This document shows positions 8,839 through 18,946 of a stretch of DNA of 64,000 nt, piece by piece. How positions within the stretch are numbered: the first letter of the stretch is position 1; every line of letters starts with the position of its first letter. Below the pieces are notes generated by a model, which searched no databases, was not told the DNA's origin, and worked only from the letters and a program-made list of their open reading frames with translations. The stretch covers positions 39,365-103,364 of the forward strand of contig CAZUXE010000001.1 in the NCBI GenBank assembly GCA_964624585.1, given 5' to 3'. The position numbers and the translations under genes are program-made. This DNA is from an uncultured bacterium (GTDB lineage Bacteria > Hydrothermota > Tepidihabitantia > B3-TA06).

Positions 8839-11800
8839 ATGCGCCTTAAAGAACTCAAACTCTACGGGTTCAAATCATTTCCTGAGAAAACTACAATAAG
8901 CCTTGCGCCTGGCATTACGGCATTGGTGGGGCCTAATGGTTGCGGTAAATCGAACGTCCTTGACGCCATCCGCTGGGTACTTGGCGAACAAACCTTGTCT
9001 CAACTACGTTGTGCCAAAAGTGAAGACTTAATATTTGCAGGTAGCGGACGCCATAGCGCTCAAGGTTACGCTGAAGTAAGTTTAGTTATTGAGAATCAAA
9101 ACGACTTCTCCAACTTACCGGCTGAGGTGGAATTAAAACGACGTTACTACCGTAGCGGAGAAAGTTCTTTTTGGATTAACAGAGAAGAATGTCGGCTGAA
9201 AGAAATTGAAGCTATTCTAAGAGGAGGAGCAGCAGGTGGCAGGCTGTATTCTATATTCGATGCCAGAAAACTTGCTTCTATTGTTGGAGGGGAACTCCAA
9301 AACCTTATGGAATCTGCCGCTGGTGTTCTTGGGTTCAGACAACAACGTAAAGAAGCTGAGGCTAAATTAAAGCTGGTAAGTAGAGATTTAACCCGGCTGG
9401 ATGATATTATTGGCGAACGTAAAAGAATAGTTCGCTCGCTTTCCAGACAACGCAGAAGGGCGCAGTTATTTGCGGAGTTAAGGGAACGTAAGGTAGCACT
9501 TGAGGCTCTGGGGCTTAGGGTCAAACTTGCTGGAATAAACGAAGGCATCAACCTTAAAACCAAGCATATTGCCGATTTAGAAGAGCGTGAACGCAAGCTT
9601 GTGTTAAGTCAGGAGAACTATCGCAATCTCCTAAAAGAAAACGATAACAGGCTTTCCAGTCTACTTACCGCAGAGAAACAGGCTCGTGGCAAACTTTCTG
9701 AACTTAATCAGAATCTTTCGGATATATCAGCGGAGCTTTCCGCTTTGACAACTCGTAGGGAAGCGCTTACTGAAAGCCTTGCAACTATTGCTAAAGATAC
9801 TCATCAAGCTGTTGAAAAAATCGAAGAGATAAAAACTCTGCTTAATGAAGTACGTAAAGATGAAGCAGAAGCACTTGGAAGGAAAACTCAAGCTGAGGAA
9901 CTCTTGAAAACGGCCAGAGAGAACCTTACAGACGACGAAGAGAAGCTTGCCGTTTGCAGAAAAAAAGTAACGGAACTAAGAGAAGCTTTAAGGAAAATAA
10001 CTTCTGAACTTTCTGGAAAAATTGAGGAACGAACCAGAATAAGCTCTCGTGGTGAAAACGCCTCCTCTTTAGCTAACACAGCAAGAGAAGAGTTAGCAAA
10101 GTTTGCGTCAAAAGCTTCGGAATTACGTACACGTTTGAAGACGACAGAGGAATCGCTGGCATCCGTCAAAACCCAACTACAATCAAAGGAAACGGATATT
10201 TCTAATCGTGAGAACAAACTATCGTCATTAAACATCGAAATTAAAGACCTAGATTTTGAATTACGAAAGAAGGTAGAGGAAAGCTCTAAGCTTAGTGGAC
10301 AAATAGCTTCCCTGAAAGATAAAATTGATAACAAACCCAGACGACAGCTTCGAAATATGTTGGGAGATAAATTCAAAGGGCTTATGGAGGAAATGCTTTC
10401 CTACCCAAGGGAATTGGAAGTGGCTTTGGAAGCGATCTTCTACGATATTTTGGGTTTTGCTGCCGCAGATAATATACCTGATATTAAAGGAATTTCGCTT
10501 GATGGTCAAACAGGTCTGGTGCTTTCCCGTCAAAGCTCAGATTCCCAACCTGAACGTATAGATGATATACGTTTCAAGGCATGGCTTGCAGATAAGGTAA
10601 AGCTTAAGCCGCATTCGCCCGAACTGCTTAATATAAGGCTTAAACAATGGGTGCTTGCCGATGAGGATGATCTCATCGCTCTTAGTAATCAATACCCCAC
10701 TCTTTCCTTTGTTTCCTTGTCCGGCACGGCCATTCGCGGCGACGGCGTGGTTGTTTTAGGACGTTCAAAAGGTGTTCTGGCCGAACGCCGCAAGCTTAAT
10801 GAACTTGAAGCCTTACTGCAGGAATTATCTCGTAAAATATCTGCTGGAAAAACTCGTTTGACCCAGTTACGTAAATCGCGCGAAGATATGGAATCACGGC
10901 TTGATGAAGAAAGAAAACATTTCTTTGAACAGCGAAGCGAACGCAATGCCCTACAGGCGGAACTGGAAAGGTTGAAGTCTGCTTCCTTGGATATGGAGCG
11001 GGACAGAGAAAGGCTTCGGCGGGATGCTCAAACCCGTGAAGAGGAAGCTCAGAAAGCGCTAAGCGGTCTTGAGGAGTTGGATAAGAATATTTTCGAAATG
11101 GAAGGCCTTAAAACCTCTCTTGAAAATGAATTGGCCGAAGCGGAAAAAAGGCTTATTGGTTTTGAAGAAACCCTTCGGGAGAAATTAGCCGGTCTTAACG
11201 ACAACTTGCTTGGGCTTGCCGCAGAGGAAGAAGCCGAACACGCTGCCAGAAACCGTAGGGAAAGGCTTGAAGAAGAGCTAAAGCGTCTTGAGGCAATGCT
11301 TATCCGTAAGAAGCAGGAAAAAGAAATAGCCGAGGCTTCAATAGTTGAGCTAAAAACCAAAATTACTCTTATACAACAGGAACGCTCTAGGCTTCTTGAA
11401 CAACGTCGTGATGCTGAAAACATTATGTCTGAAATTGATACCGGCAAGTTGCTTGAAGAAAAACATAATCTTGAATCGAAGCTTGAGGAATGCCGTGAGG
11501 AACTTGCAAAGCTACGTGAGAAATTGGTAAGCGAAAGAACTGAGAACCTATTGCTTCAGCGTGAACGTGAAGAGATAGCCCCTATGGTCTCAACACTTGG
11601 AACTAATTATGAGGCAGACGAGCAAAAAAGCGCCGAAGAGGTTACCACCCAACTTGCTGACGTATCACGAAGGTTGGCCGATTTGGGAATAGTAAACGAG
11701 TACGCGGCCATTCAATTTGAAGAGGAGAAGGCTGAACTTGACAAAATAAAAGCTCAACAAACCGATATACTACAGGCTTCAGAAAGTCTTAACGCAATTA

Positions 11801-12312
11801 TTGCAAACATTGATGGGGAGGCGCGTACACGTTATGAAAATACCTTTAAGCAGGTACGCGAAGAGTTTCGTCGCACCTTCAACTTCTTTTTCCCAGGCGG
11901 AGAGGCCAATCTTCGTTTTGAAAATCCTGACGACCCCTTCAACTCCGCCATTCACATTACAGCTAAACCTGAAGGCAAACAGCTCAAACGTCTAGCTCAG
12001 CTCTCTGACGGCGAACGCACTATGCTTGGTATATCACTTCTGTTTTCTTTCTATGCTGTCAGGCCGGCGCCTTTCTTATTCGTTGACGAATTAGATGCGC
12101 CTCTTGACGATAATAACGTGCTGAAATTTGCATCCTTCCTAGCGCGGGTTAAGGATAAAATTCAAATATTTGCAGTTACCCATAACAAACGCACAATGGA
12201 AAAGGCCGATTCAATATACGGCGTAACAATGGAAGAGCCTGGTGTTTCAAAAATTATTTCCGTAAAACTTAAAGACGTAAAGCGACATCATGTGGCCGTG
12301 GAAGAAACTTAA
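8839..12312 (+). CDS. smc: Chromosome segregation protein SMC
   Basis: N-terminal Walker A (LVGPNGCGKSNVLDAIRWVLGEQ), long coiled coils with a hinge, and C-terminal ABC signature and Walker B (LSDGERTMLGISLLFS...FLFVDELDAPLD). Confidence 0.9.
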   Translation: MRLKELKLYGFKSFPEKTTISLAPGITALVGPNGCGKSNVLDAIRWVLGEQTLSQLRCAKSEDLIFAGSGRHSAQGYAEVSLVIENQNDFSNLPAEVELKRRYYRSGESSFWINREECRLKEIEAILRGGAAGGRLYSIFDARKLASIVGGELQNLMESAAGVLGFRQQRKEAEAKLKLVSRDLTRLDDIIGERKRIVRSLSRQRRRAQLFAELRERKVALEALGLRVKLAGINEGINLKTKHIADLEERERKLVLSQENYRNLLKENDNRLSSLLTAEKQARGKLSELNQNLSDISAELSALTTRREALTESLATIAKDTHQAVEKIEEIKTLLNEVRKDEAEALGRKTQAEELLKTARENLTDDEEKLAVCRKKVTELREALRKITSELSGKIEERTRISSRGENASSLANTAREELAKFASKASELRTRLKTTEESLASVKTQLQSKETDISNRENKLSSLNIEIKDLDFELRKKVEESSKLSGQIASLKDKIDNKPRRQLRNMLGDKFKGLMEEMLSYPRELEVALEAIFYDILGFAAADNIPDIKGISLDGQTGLVLSRQSSDSQPERIDDIRFKAWLADKVKLKPHSPELLNIRLKQWVLADEDDLIALSNQYPTLSFVSLSGTAIRGDGVVVLGRSKGVLAERRKLNELEALLQELSRKISAGKTRLTQLRKSREDMESRLDEERKHFFEQRSERNALQAELERLKSASLDMERDRERLRRDAQTREEEAQKALSGLEELDKNIFEMEGLKTSLENELAEAEKRLIGFEETLREKLAGLNDNLLGLAAEEEAEHAARNRRERLEEELKRLEAMLIRKKQEKEIAEASIVELKTKITLIQQERSRLLEQRRDAENIMSEIDTGKLLEEKHNLESKLEECREELAKLREKLVSERTENLLLQREREEIAPMVSTLGTNYEADEQKSAEEVTTQLADVSRRLADLGIVNEYAAIQFEEEKAELDKIKAQQTDILQASESLNAIIANIDGEARTRYENTFKQVREEFRRTFNFFFPGGEANLRFENPDDPFNSAIHITAKPEGKQLKRLAQLSDGERTMLGISLLFSFYAVRPAPFLFVDELDAPLDDNNVLKFASFLARVKDKIQIFAVTHNKRTMEKADSIYGVTMEEPGVSKIISVKLKDVKRHHVAVEET

Positions 12313-13129
12313 ACAGGGATTCAAAAGGCTAAGGGAAAAATTTGCCCATGCCTTTAAGTCAGGCGATACCGATGAATTGGAAGAGATTCTTATTGAAGCC
12401 GATATTGGCGTTGAGACAACAATGGAATTTATTCAAGCAAGCCGAGGTAGACCGGAAAAACTTAAAGAGATAATTACCTCTGTCTTGGAGCCTGCAGAAA
12501 AGGAAATTGCATTCACAGCGCATCCTACAGTAATTATGATTGCAGGTACCAATGGTTCAGGAAAAACAACTACTATTGCTAAACTTGCAACCCTTTGGAG
12601 GGAGAAAAAAGTGCTTATCGCAGCATGTGATACCTATCGTGACGCTGCAGGTCTTCAGTTGGAACGCTGGGCCAAGACTACCAACACCGATTTAGTGTCT
12701 TCCACTCAACGTCAAGATGCCGGCGCTGTTGTATATGATGCTCTGCACAAGGCACTTTCAGGCGGCTACGGGGTTGTTTTAGTCGATACGGCAGGCAGGC
12801 TACACACTCGTAAAGATCTCATGGCTGAAGCCGAAAAAATCCACAGGGTAATAAAAAAAGTTATACCCAACGCTCCGCATGAAGTTATCTTGGTTCTTGA
12901 CGCATCAACCGGTCAAAACGGACTTCGTCAGGCACAGGGCTTCAAAGAACATATAGATGTTACCGGTGTTATTCTCACAAAGATGGACGGTACCTCAAAA
13001 GCCGGAATTATTATCCCAATCGTCAAACAGTTAAAGCTTCCAATTTACTTCATCGGGCTGGGTGAGAAGGCCGATGATATAGCTGCTTTCGCAGCTTCAA
13101 ACTTTGTATCCGCTCTCCTGGGCGAATAA
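12290..13129 (+). CDS. ftsY: Signal recognition particle receptor FtsY (short NG-domain form)
   Basis: SRP-GTPase motifs (IMIAGTNGSGKTTTIAKLA, VLVDTAGRLH, ILTKMDGTSKAG). The conserved smc-ftsY adjacency has a 23-nt overlap. Confidence 0.9.
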   Translation: MWPWKKLKQGFKRLREKFAHAFKSGDTDELEEILIEADIGVETTMEFIQASRGRPEKLKEIITSVLEPAEKEIAFTAHPTVIMIAGTNGSGKTTTIAKLATLWREKKVLIAACDTYRDAAGLQLERWAKTTNTDLVSSTQRQDAGAVVYDALHKALSGGYGVVLVDTAGRLHTRKDLMAEAEKIHRVIKKVIPNAPHEVILVLDASTGQNGLRQAQGFKEHIDVTGVILTKMDGTSKAGIIIPIVKQLKLPIYFIGLGEKADDIAAFAASNFVSALLGE

Positions 13130-13382
13130 GTTTAGCAATCTCTCTCATAAACACATAGCTACGGGATATTAAGATAGTCTAAGATATAGGGATAGGCTTG
13201 CAAGCTATTGATAGCCAAGGCGCGTATAATCGACAATTTTCTATATTCTCCAAAAATCCTGAATCTAATATGCCAAGGATTTCCTGACGATGGATATTAC
13301 TATATCTCCATCTTGCTCTACTCCTCACCTCATATAAATCGCATTAATTGACAGTTGGTAATTCTAATCCTATACTTACAAT

Positions 13383-15599
13383 ATGGTCTTTTTCTCAGTA
13401 TTCCTGCTTTTACTTTCGGCAATACCGAAGGATATAGACTATGATCCACAGATTGCTGAATTTATTAACAATGTATCCACAGATAGCATTGCGTCAACTA
13501 TTTCCCGTCTTTCAGGTGAACAAGCTGTTTTCATTGACAATAAAGCGGATTCCATTCCATGCCGTTACGCTTATTCCAGTGGTGCTTACAAAGCTATGCG
13601 CTGGTTGGCAGAGCGTTTCGACACAACCCTTATGAAACTTAAACTTACGCCGTTTATTCCAGTAGAAATAAGGGATGTTGATATTCTTGCTTCAGGGATT
13701 GGTTGGGCATGCGGTTTTACAGGTACTTGGGAAGGACACAAACATGGCCTTATCCATACCTCCAACACGGGTACCTCATGGGAGTGGGTTTCAGGAATCA
13801 AGGGCTACTATTGGCAGGCGGTTAAGACAATATCTGCTGATTCGGCATGGCTGGTTGGTTCAAAGGGTCGAATAATGCGTACAGTTGACGGTCTCAATTG
13901 GAAAGAGATGCGCTCAGTTAGCGCGGGTCTCTACGATATTGCCGCGCTGGATTCCCGAACAGGATGGGCGGTAGGTAATGGAGGCATTCTTCTTTCAACA
14001 AAGAACGCATGGGAAACTTATAGTGAAGATACCATAGTTACAGATGACCTGCGTTACATAAGCGTTCAATCGCCTAACCTAGCTTGGATTGCTTCCAATA
14101 CTAAAATATGGCGAACAGCTGATGCCAAAACTTGGCAAGAACTTAGTCAACCTTTAAGCTATATCTCTGATATGCTATTCATTGATTCTCTAACCGGCTA
14201 CCTTACGGGCGAAGTTAACTCGCAGGGCGCAGTTTGTATAACTCATGATGCGGGTCACTCATGGCATATTCTTACAGATACCTTTTCAGCTAAAATCAAC
14301 GCCATTAGCGTTATTTCCCCAGATACCATTATTATTGCAGGAAGTGCCGGTCTCTTACGCAAATCAACTGATGGCGGCATTCGCTGGTTTAGGATGCACC
14401 CTCCTTCTTTAACAACTATCAATGACATTGCCTTTGCAAAAGATGGTCAGGGATTGGCAGTAGGTGATGAAGATATATTCTACAGTCATAACGGATTGGA
14501 CTGGAGTAGAACAGATACAAGCAATTTAGGTCTTATGTGGAATATTGAGGCTACTCTACCTACAGAAGACAATAGTTCCGCAGTGCTTATTACCGCTCAT
14601 TACGATGCCAGAGGAAGCGATAATTTTGCATATACTCCAGGAGCTGATGACAATGCTTCCGGTGTTGCGACAGTAATTGAGGCGGCACGTATTTTAGCGC
14701 CGTCCTCTTTTCGGCATCCCCTTAAGTTTGTGCTGTTTGGTGGTGAAGAGGTCGGCTTGTGGGGCTCTCACAGATACCTAAGTGAGGTCAATGGGAGCAG
14801 TCAGAAAATTATGGCCGTACTCAATGCCGATATGTTTGCCTATGATAGTGACTCCAATCGAGTTTTAGAAATAAACTCAAATATCCACGACCCTATGTCG
14901 CTGGCGGCAGGAAAGCTGATGTTGGAAGTTATTAACCTGTATTCTATTAAGGTATCACCAGAACATCACACTACAGACGCTTGCGACAAAAGCGATCACT
15001 ACTATTTCTGGAAAAACAGACTGCCTGCGATATTTATAACAGAAGACAGAACAGACTTTAATCCTTTTAATCACAGTGCCGCCGACCGTATTTCATCCAT
15101 AAATATCGGTTATCTTAAAGAGGGTGTTAAGGCAGCTGTTGGATGGTTGGCAAGTATGGCTAAGGAAACTAAATTGATTGCAATAGACGAATCACCTTCT
15201 ATTTCCCAAGCTCCTGTTATTGAAATTAAAATATCTTCAGACATTTTGTCTTCAAAGGGATGGCTTGAACTAGCTCCTCTCCCTCCACCCGTAACACCAC
15301 CCGTAACACCACCCGCAACGCAACCCGTAACACAGTCCATAACACAAACGCCATCCTGTGCAACTCCCGCAATTTCTATAACACACAAGTCTCCACTAAA
15401 TGAGCTATCCTTTAGCCTTCCTTCCTTGCTAACACCTTGCATATATGAGGTTTCGGGAAGAAAGGTTAAAACTTTGGCTGGGTTCAACCCTCAATCGAGA
15501 CTGTATTTTAGCGTAGACGATTTAGCTTCAGGTGTATATTGGATAGGTATAAATCTTCCCTACGGCAAGCTAACAAAACGCTTTATAGTTGTCAGATAG
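13383..15599 (+). CDS. Secreted M28-family metallopeptidase with an N-terminal BNR/Ycf48-like beta-propeller, a Pro/Thr-rich linker and a T9SS C-terminal domain
   Basis: BNR-like blades (e.g. STDGGIRWF, HNGLDWSR, HDAGHSWH). M28 zinc-ligand region (LITAHYDARGSD...GADDNASGVATVIEAARIL...FVLFGGEEVGLWGSHRY). Linker PPPVTPPVTPPATQPVTQ. CTD (...SGVYWIGINLPYGKLTKRFIVVR). Confidence 0.75.
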   Translation: MVFFSVFLLLLSAIPKDIDYDPQIAEFINNVSTDSIASTISRLSGEQAVFIDNKADSIPCRYAYSSGAYKAMRWLAERFDTTLMKLKLTPFIPVEIRDVDILASGIGWACGFTGTWEGHKHGLIHTSNTGTSWEWVSGIKGYYWQAVKTISADSAWLVGSKGRIMRTVDGLNWKEMRSVSAGLYDIAALDSRTGWAVGNGGILLSTKNAWETYSEDTIVTDDLRYISVQSPNLAWIASNTKIWRTADAKTWQELSQPLSYISDMLFIDSLTGYLTGEVNSQGAVCITHDAGHSWHILTDTFSAKINAISVISPDTIIIAGSAGLLRKSTDGGIRWFRMHPPSLTTINDIAFAKDGQGLAVGDEDIFYSHNGLDWSRTDTSNLGLMWNIEATLPTEDNSSAVLITAHYDARGSDNFAYTPGADDNASGVATVIEAARILAPSSFRHPLKFVLFGGEEVGLWGSHRYLSEVNGSSQKIMAVLNADMFAYDSDSNRVLEINSNIHDPMSLAAGKLMLEVINLYSIKVSPEHHTTDACDKSDHYYFWKNRLPAIFITEDRTDFNPFNHSAADRISSINIGYLKEGVKAAVGWLASMAKETKLIAIDESPSISQAPVIEIKISSDILSSKGWLELAPLPPPVTPPVTPPATQPVTQSITQTPSCATPAISITHKSPLNELSFSLPSLLTPCIYEVSGRKVKTLAGFNPQSRLYFSVDDLASGVYWIGINLPYGKLTKRFIVVR

Positions 15600-15669
15600 C
15601 TCTAAGCATTGCCAAATAGAACCTTTGCCTACCTAACGCTTTGCAGAAATTGTCTTAAGACAATTTTGT

Positions 15670-17907
15670 TCAAAAGGCCACAGAAAATTTTAAGTTAAAA
15701 TAGCGAGCCGGAACTGGGGAAGGTATTTGGGACTGATAATATTTCCAGGCCGCCTTGTAAGCCTGCACCTCTTCGGCTGCTGTAATGTAGCCATCCTTAT
15801 TAATATCGCGGGCAGGATGGTAGTTCGCATCGCCTATTGCATAGCGGGTTGGAAAGTCTTTTTCTAAAGGTAGTGTAGGTTCAGACAGCTTGCCGAATAT
15901 CGGCTCTGTCCAATTAAATGGATTAATTAGCTCTGCTTTAATTTCAGCGCGGAGTTTTCCTAAAATAATTTCTTTCCCTGCTGCTAGTTCTGAATACAGC
16001 CACCACGGAGAATTATTGCCAACTTCCTCATCTGCAAAACCCGACATTAAAGCCAATCGGGGTTTAACAAACCATCCTTTCAAAAGAAACGGTAAGTTAT
16101 TGGGAGTCTGAAAGCTTGTTTCTAAAACAAACTTATGCTTTGCGTCCAAGGGCAGTTTCTGCATCTTTTTAATAAGTGTATCTTCTAAAACAATCCTTTC
16201 ATAATCTTTTCTGAATCCCTGACTTGTTCCCTTGGCTAAGGCGTAGGAATAAGAAACGCGTATTTTTCCCCAATTCAATACATTAAACTGAAACCATGGA
16301 AGCATACCCCACGCGAAAGCCTTGCCATTTGACAAAATGTCCAAAGAACCTGGGGCATTTGACGCAGTATCCTTAAGATTGGCGCTCAATTGCGTTAAAT
16401 TATATGAAAAGCGTATATATCCTGATAAACCCACGTCAAAGCTTTTCCCGAAACTCCTGCTTGCTTCAAACCAACTTCGCCACGCTTCTTCAGGTTCAGG
16501 ATACTTAGTCGGAATAACTAGTAAGGTATCGGCATTCGGAGAGCTTGTCTTGCCGTCATAGTAGTAGGCAAGCACAGGAGGGGCTGAGCTAAGTTCCGTT
16601 CCTGCATCAAAACGAAGTCCGTACAATAATGTCCCGACCTCTAGTCTAGGTTCAAGTCTTAACTTATAAGCTGATGCAGTATCGCTTGATTTTGCATTCT
16701 TACCCCCAAGCTCCATGTATAAAAGTCCCAAGCCTGTTTCAATCCAAAGGCTGTCGCTTTGCAACGAAAGGCTATCTGCAAAATAGAAATTACCCAAATG
16801 CGGAGTATATTGATAGTCCCAATCGTATTTCTTCCCATCACTGCGAGTAGAAGCTTTTGACAAAAGGTTGTACCCGGCATACAAGAATCTGGCCTTTAGG
16901 AGATGTCGTTCTTCTAGCTGTATAGATGTTGATATATTGGCTCTATCGGCAAGGGAGTTCCTTGTCAATAAATAAGGATTGTTCCCTGAGGAATAAAACA
17001 TACCGATTACGCCATAAGGATTAGCCCTTGAAAGTTCTGCAAATGGATTTTTGTAGGATTGTTCTTTGAATAATTTTAATATTGAGAACGGCTCCGGGGT
17101 TCTGCCGCCGGTTCGGAAATTAGAATTGTAGGAGGAAAGCGTTGCATCTATATTCAAAACATCTGTTGTGTAATTAAAATTAAACATGAATAATCCGGCC
17201 TCTGAAAATTCAATTGGGGTGGATGCGGGGTTAAATGCCCAGGCCGGTGAAAATTTATCGTGCTGACATTCAGAAAAAAGATATTGCGCCCGTACTCCTA
17301 TACGCTCTGAAGCCTTCAAATAGGCGGAAGCTGCAGCGCTCCATGCGGCTAGCCCACTATGATGAAGAGAAATATTGTAAGGGTAAGAATTTTTGTACTG
17401 CACAGCTTGAGCGTCAAGTGAGACCGCCAACTTTTTTCCTAATGGGACATTGAAGAATATTTCGGCTTCCCCCTGAAGGCTATCTTCAAAAAACAACTGA
17501 GGATTATATACTAAAAAACCGCCATGCCATCCTTGCTGTTGATTTTTGAGATTTCTGAATTCAAAATAAGGGTTAAGACTAAGCGCACCACGGTTAAGCG
17601 AAACGGATGGTATCAAATGGTACGGAAGCTTTATGAAACATTTTCCGGTTAGAGGATCATTCAAAGGAATTCCATCCAAGCTAAAAAACAGTTCATCTGT
17701 CCTACCACCAAAGAAACCTAGCCTAGCGCTTTTTACCCTCATTTGCGGAATAAACCATGCATTTCTTATTCGACTGAAGGGATTTACAGAAAGCAGTTCC
17801 CTACACCCACAGGAATATGTAAGTGTGTCTTTAGATATTCTGCCGTCCTTGGTCTCTTCTATCTGCGTAAATAGGGATAACCCCAGAAAGACTATTGAAA
17901 AAGACAT
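15670..17907 (-). CDS. Outer-membrane beta-barrel protein, possibly TonB-dependent-receptor-like
   Basis: Short signal peptide, a plug-like motif (SLDGIPLNDPLTGK) and many predicted beta strands. C-terminal aromatic residue (…FSVAF) typical of OM beta-barrels. No confident family assignment. Confidence 0.35.
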   Translation of the reverse strand: MSFSIVFLGLSLFTQIEETKDGRISKDTLTYSCGCRELLSVNPFSRIRNAWFIPQMRVKSARLGFFGGRTDELFFSLDGIPLNDPLTGKCFIKLPYHLIPSVSLNRGALSLNPYFEFRNLKNQQQGWHGGFLVYNPQLFFEDSLQGEAEIFFNVPLGKKLAVSLDAQAVQYKNSYPYNISLHHSGLAAWSAAASAYLKASERIGVRAQYLFSECQHDKFSPAWAFNPASTPIEFSEAGLFMFNFNYTTDVLNIDATLSSYNSNFRTGGRTPEPFSILKLFKEQSYKNPFAELSRANPYGVIGMFYSSGNNPYLLTRNSLADRANISTSIQLEERHLLKARFLYAGYNLLSKASTRSDGKKYDWDYQYTPHLGNFYFADSLSLQSDSLWIETGLGLLYMELGGKNAKSSDTASAYKLRLEPRLEVGTLLYGLRFDAGTELSSAPPVLAYYYDGKTSSPNADTLLVIPTKYPEPEEAWRSWFEASRSFGKSFDVGLSGYIRFSYNLTQLSANLKDTASNAPGSLDILSNGKAFAWGMLPWFQFNVLNWGKIRVSYSYALAKGTSQGFRKDYERIVLEDTLIKKMQKLPLDAKHKFVLETSFQTPNNLPFLLKGWFVKPRLALMSGFADEEVGNNSPWWLYSELAAGKEIILGKLRAEIKAELINPFNWTEPIFGKLSEPTLPLEKDFPTRYAIGDANYHPARDINKDGYITAAEEVQAYKAAWKYYQSQIPSPVPARYFNLKFSVAF

Positions 17908-18001
17908 GACCTAGGATAATCTTGCTGGCGAATTTGTCAACTGGGGATTTTAACTAAAACCTTCAAAGTGCGAAATAAAACAATGCTGTGATGCTGTTAC
18001 G

Positions 18002-18946
18002 TTAAACTAAAGAATTAATGCGTTCGGCTACCCGCCATGCAATAATCAGTTTTGCAATACCGATTTCGTCAACAATTTTATTTTCAGCCGGCAAAACCTT
18101 CGCCCCCGGCTTCCCTGCAATTTCAGCTATTCTTTTTTCAACCTCAGCCAAGGTAGGACGCGGTATCAGGCCGTTGATTTCTATTTTGGAAACAGCCTGC
18201 TTACCCCTTAAGCCCTTACGGTACTCAAAATAGAGTTCTTCACCCTCAGAACGGCACATCCGCGCAAGATTCAAAGGCAAATGAATTTCCGATAATTTCT
18301 CCTCCGTAATTTTTTGAGTTAATCTTATCCAATAAGGAGAACCACGTTGATATCGCTGTTCTGTTTTTTCTTTTTTTATCTGAACAATAATCTCCGCCCA
18401 TCGGCGCTGCGGAGCAATAAAACGGCGGTAATGCGGCTCACGCTCAGCAATAGAGCGCAAAACCGCCTTCTGTGAGTGTCCGCGTTCTTCAACATCTCGA
18501 CGAAGTTTCCATTCTCTCTTAACTTCTGGATCGGGATCTATGTATACTGTGAAATCAAGTAATTCCCGCATTTTTTTGCTGTGGAAAGGAAGCAAGCCTT
18601 CAAGAATAACTATTTTTTTAGGTTTGAACCTTACCGGCGGATCTAACTTACCTGTAGAATGATTATAAACAGGTTTCATTATCATCTGCCCTTGTTTGAG
18701 CGCCGTCGTGTGAAGAGCCAATAATTTCAAGTCATTTGCTTTTGGGTTGAGCGCTACTATACCTGTTTTCCTACGTTCCTGACGGTCAAGCTTATGGTAA
18801 TCATCAAGTGAAATTGCCGCAACATTAGCTTTGCCAAATAAGGTTCTTATGCCTGCGGCAAAGGTCGATTTACCTGAACCGCTGTCGCCTGCAACCCCTA
18901 TTAGAAAAACCTTGTTTGAGCCTTCTACCACTTCTTCTTTCCCCAT
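18002..18946 (-). CDS. prk: Phosphoribulokinase, class II (cyanobacterial/plant/archaeal type)
   Basis: P-loop VFLIGVAGDSGSGKSTF, then ISLDDYH, KPVYNHSTGKLDPP, VILEGLLPFH and ERGHS; I recall these as near-identical to the signature blocks of class-II PRKs. The start overlaps the rbcL stop by 22 nt. Confidence 0.85.
   Translation of the reverse strand: MGKEEVVEGSNKVFLIGVAGDSGSGKSTFAAGIRTLFGKANVAAISLDDYHKLDRQERRKTGIVALNPKANDLKLLALHTTALKQGQMIMKPVYNHSTGKLDPPVRFKPKKIVILEGLLPFHSKKMRELLDFTVYIDPDPEVKREWKLRRDVEERGHSQKAVLRSIAEREPHYRRFIAPQRRWAEIIVQIKKEKTEQRYQRGSPYWIRLTQKITEEKLSEIHLPLNLARMCRSEGEELYFEYRKGLRGKQAVSKIEINGLIPRPTLAEVEKRIAEIAGKPGAKVLPAENKIVDEIGIAKLIIAWRVAERINSLV

Noticed and set aside
9147-11447. 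Several 130-160-aa ORFs antisense to smc (9147..9596, 9888..10376, 11049..11447)
   Set aside because: They have Ser/Leu/Arg-rich low-complexity translations, as expected from reading the antisense of a Glu/Lys/Leu-rich coiled-coil gene. The region is fully explained by smc.
15110-15487. 125-aa minus-strand ORF across the PT-linker region of the M28 peptidase gene
   Set aside because: It is the antisense of the Pro/Thr-repeat tract (giving a Gly/Val-rich artefact), with no independent support.
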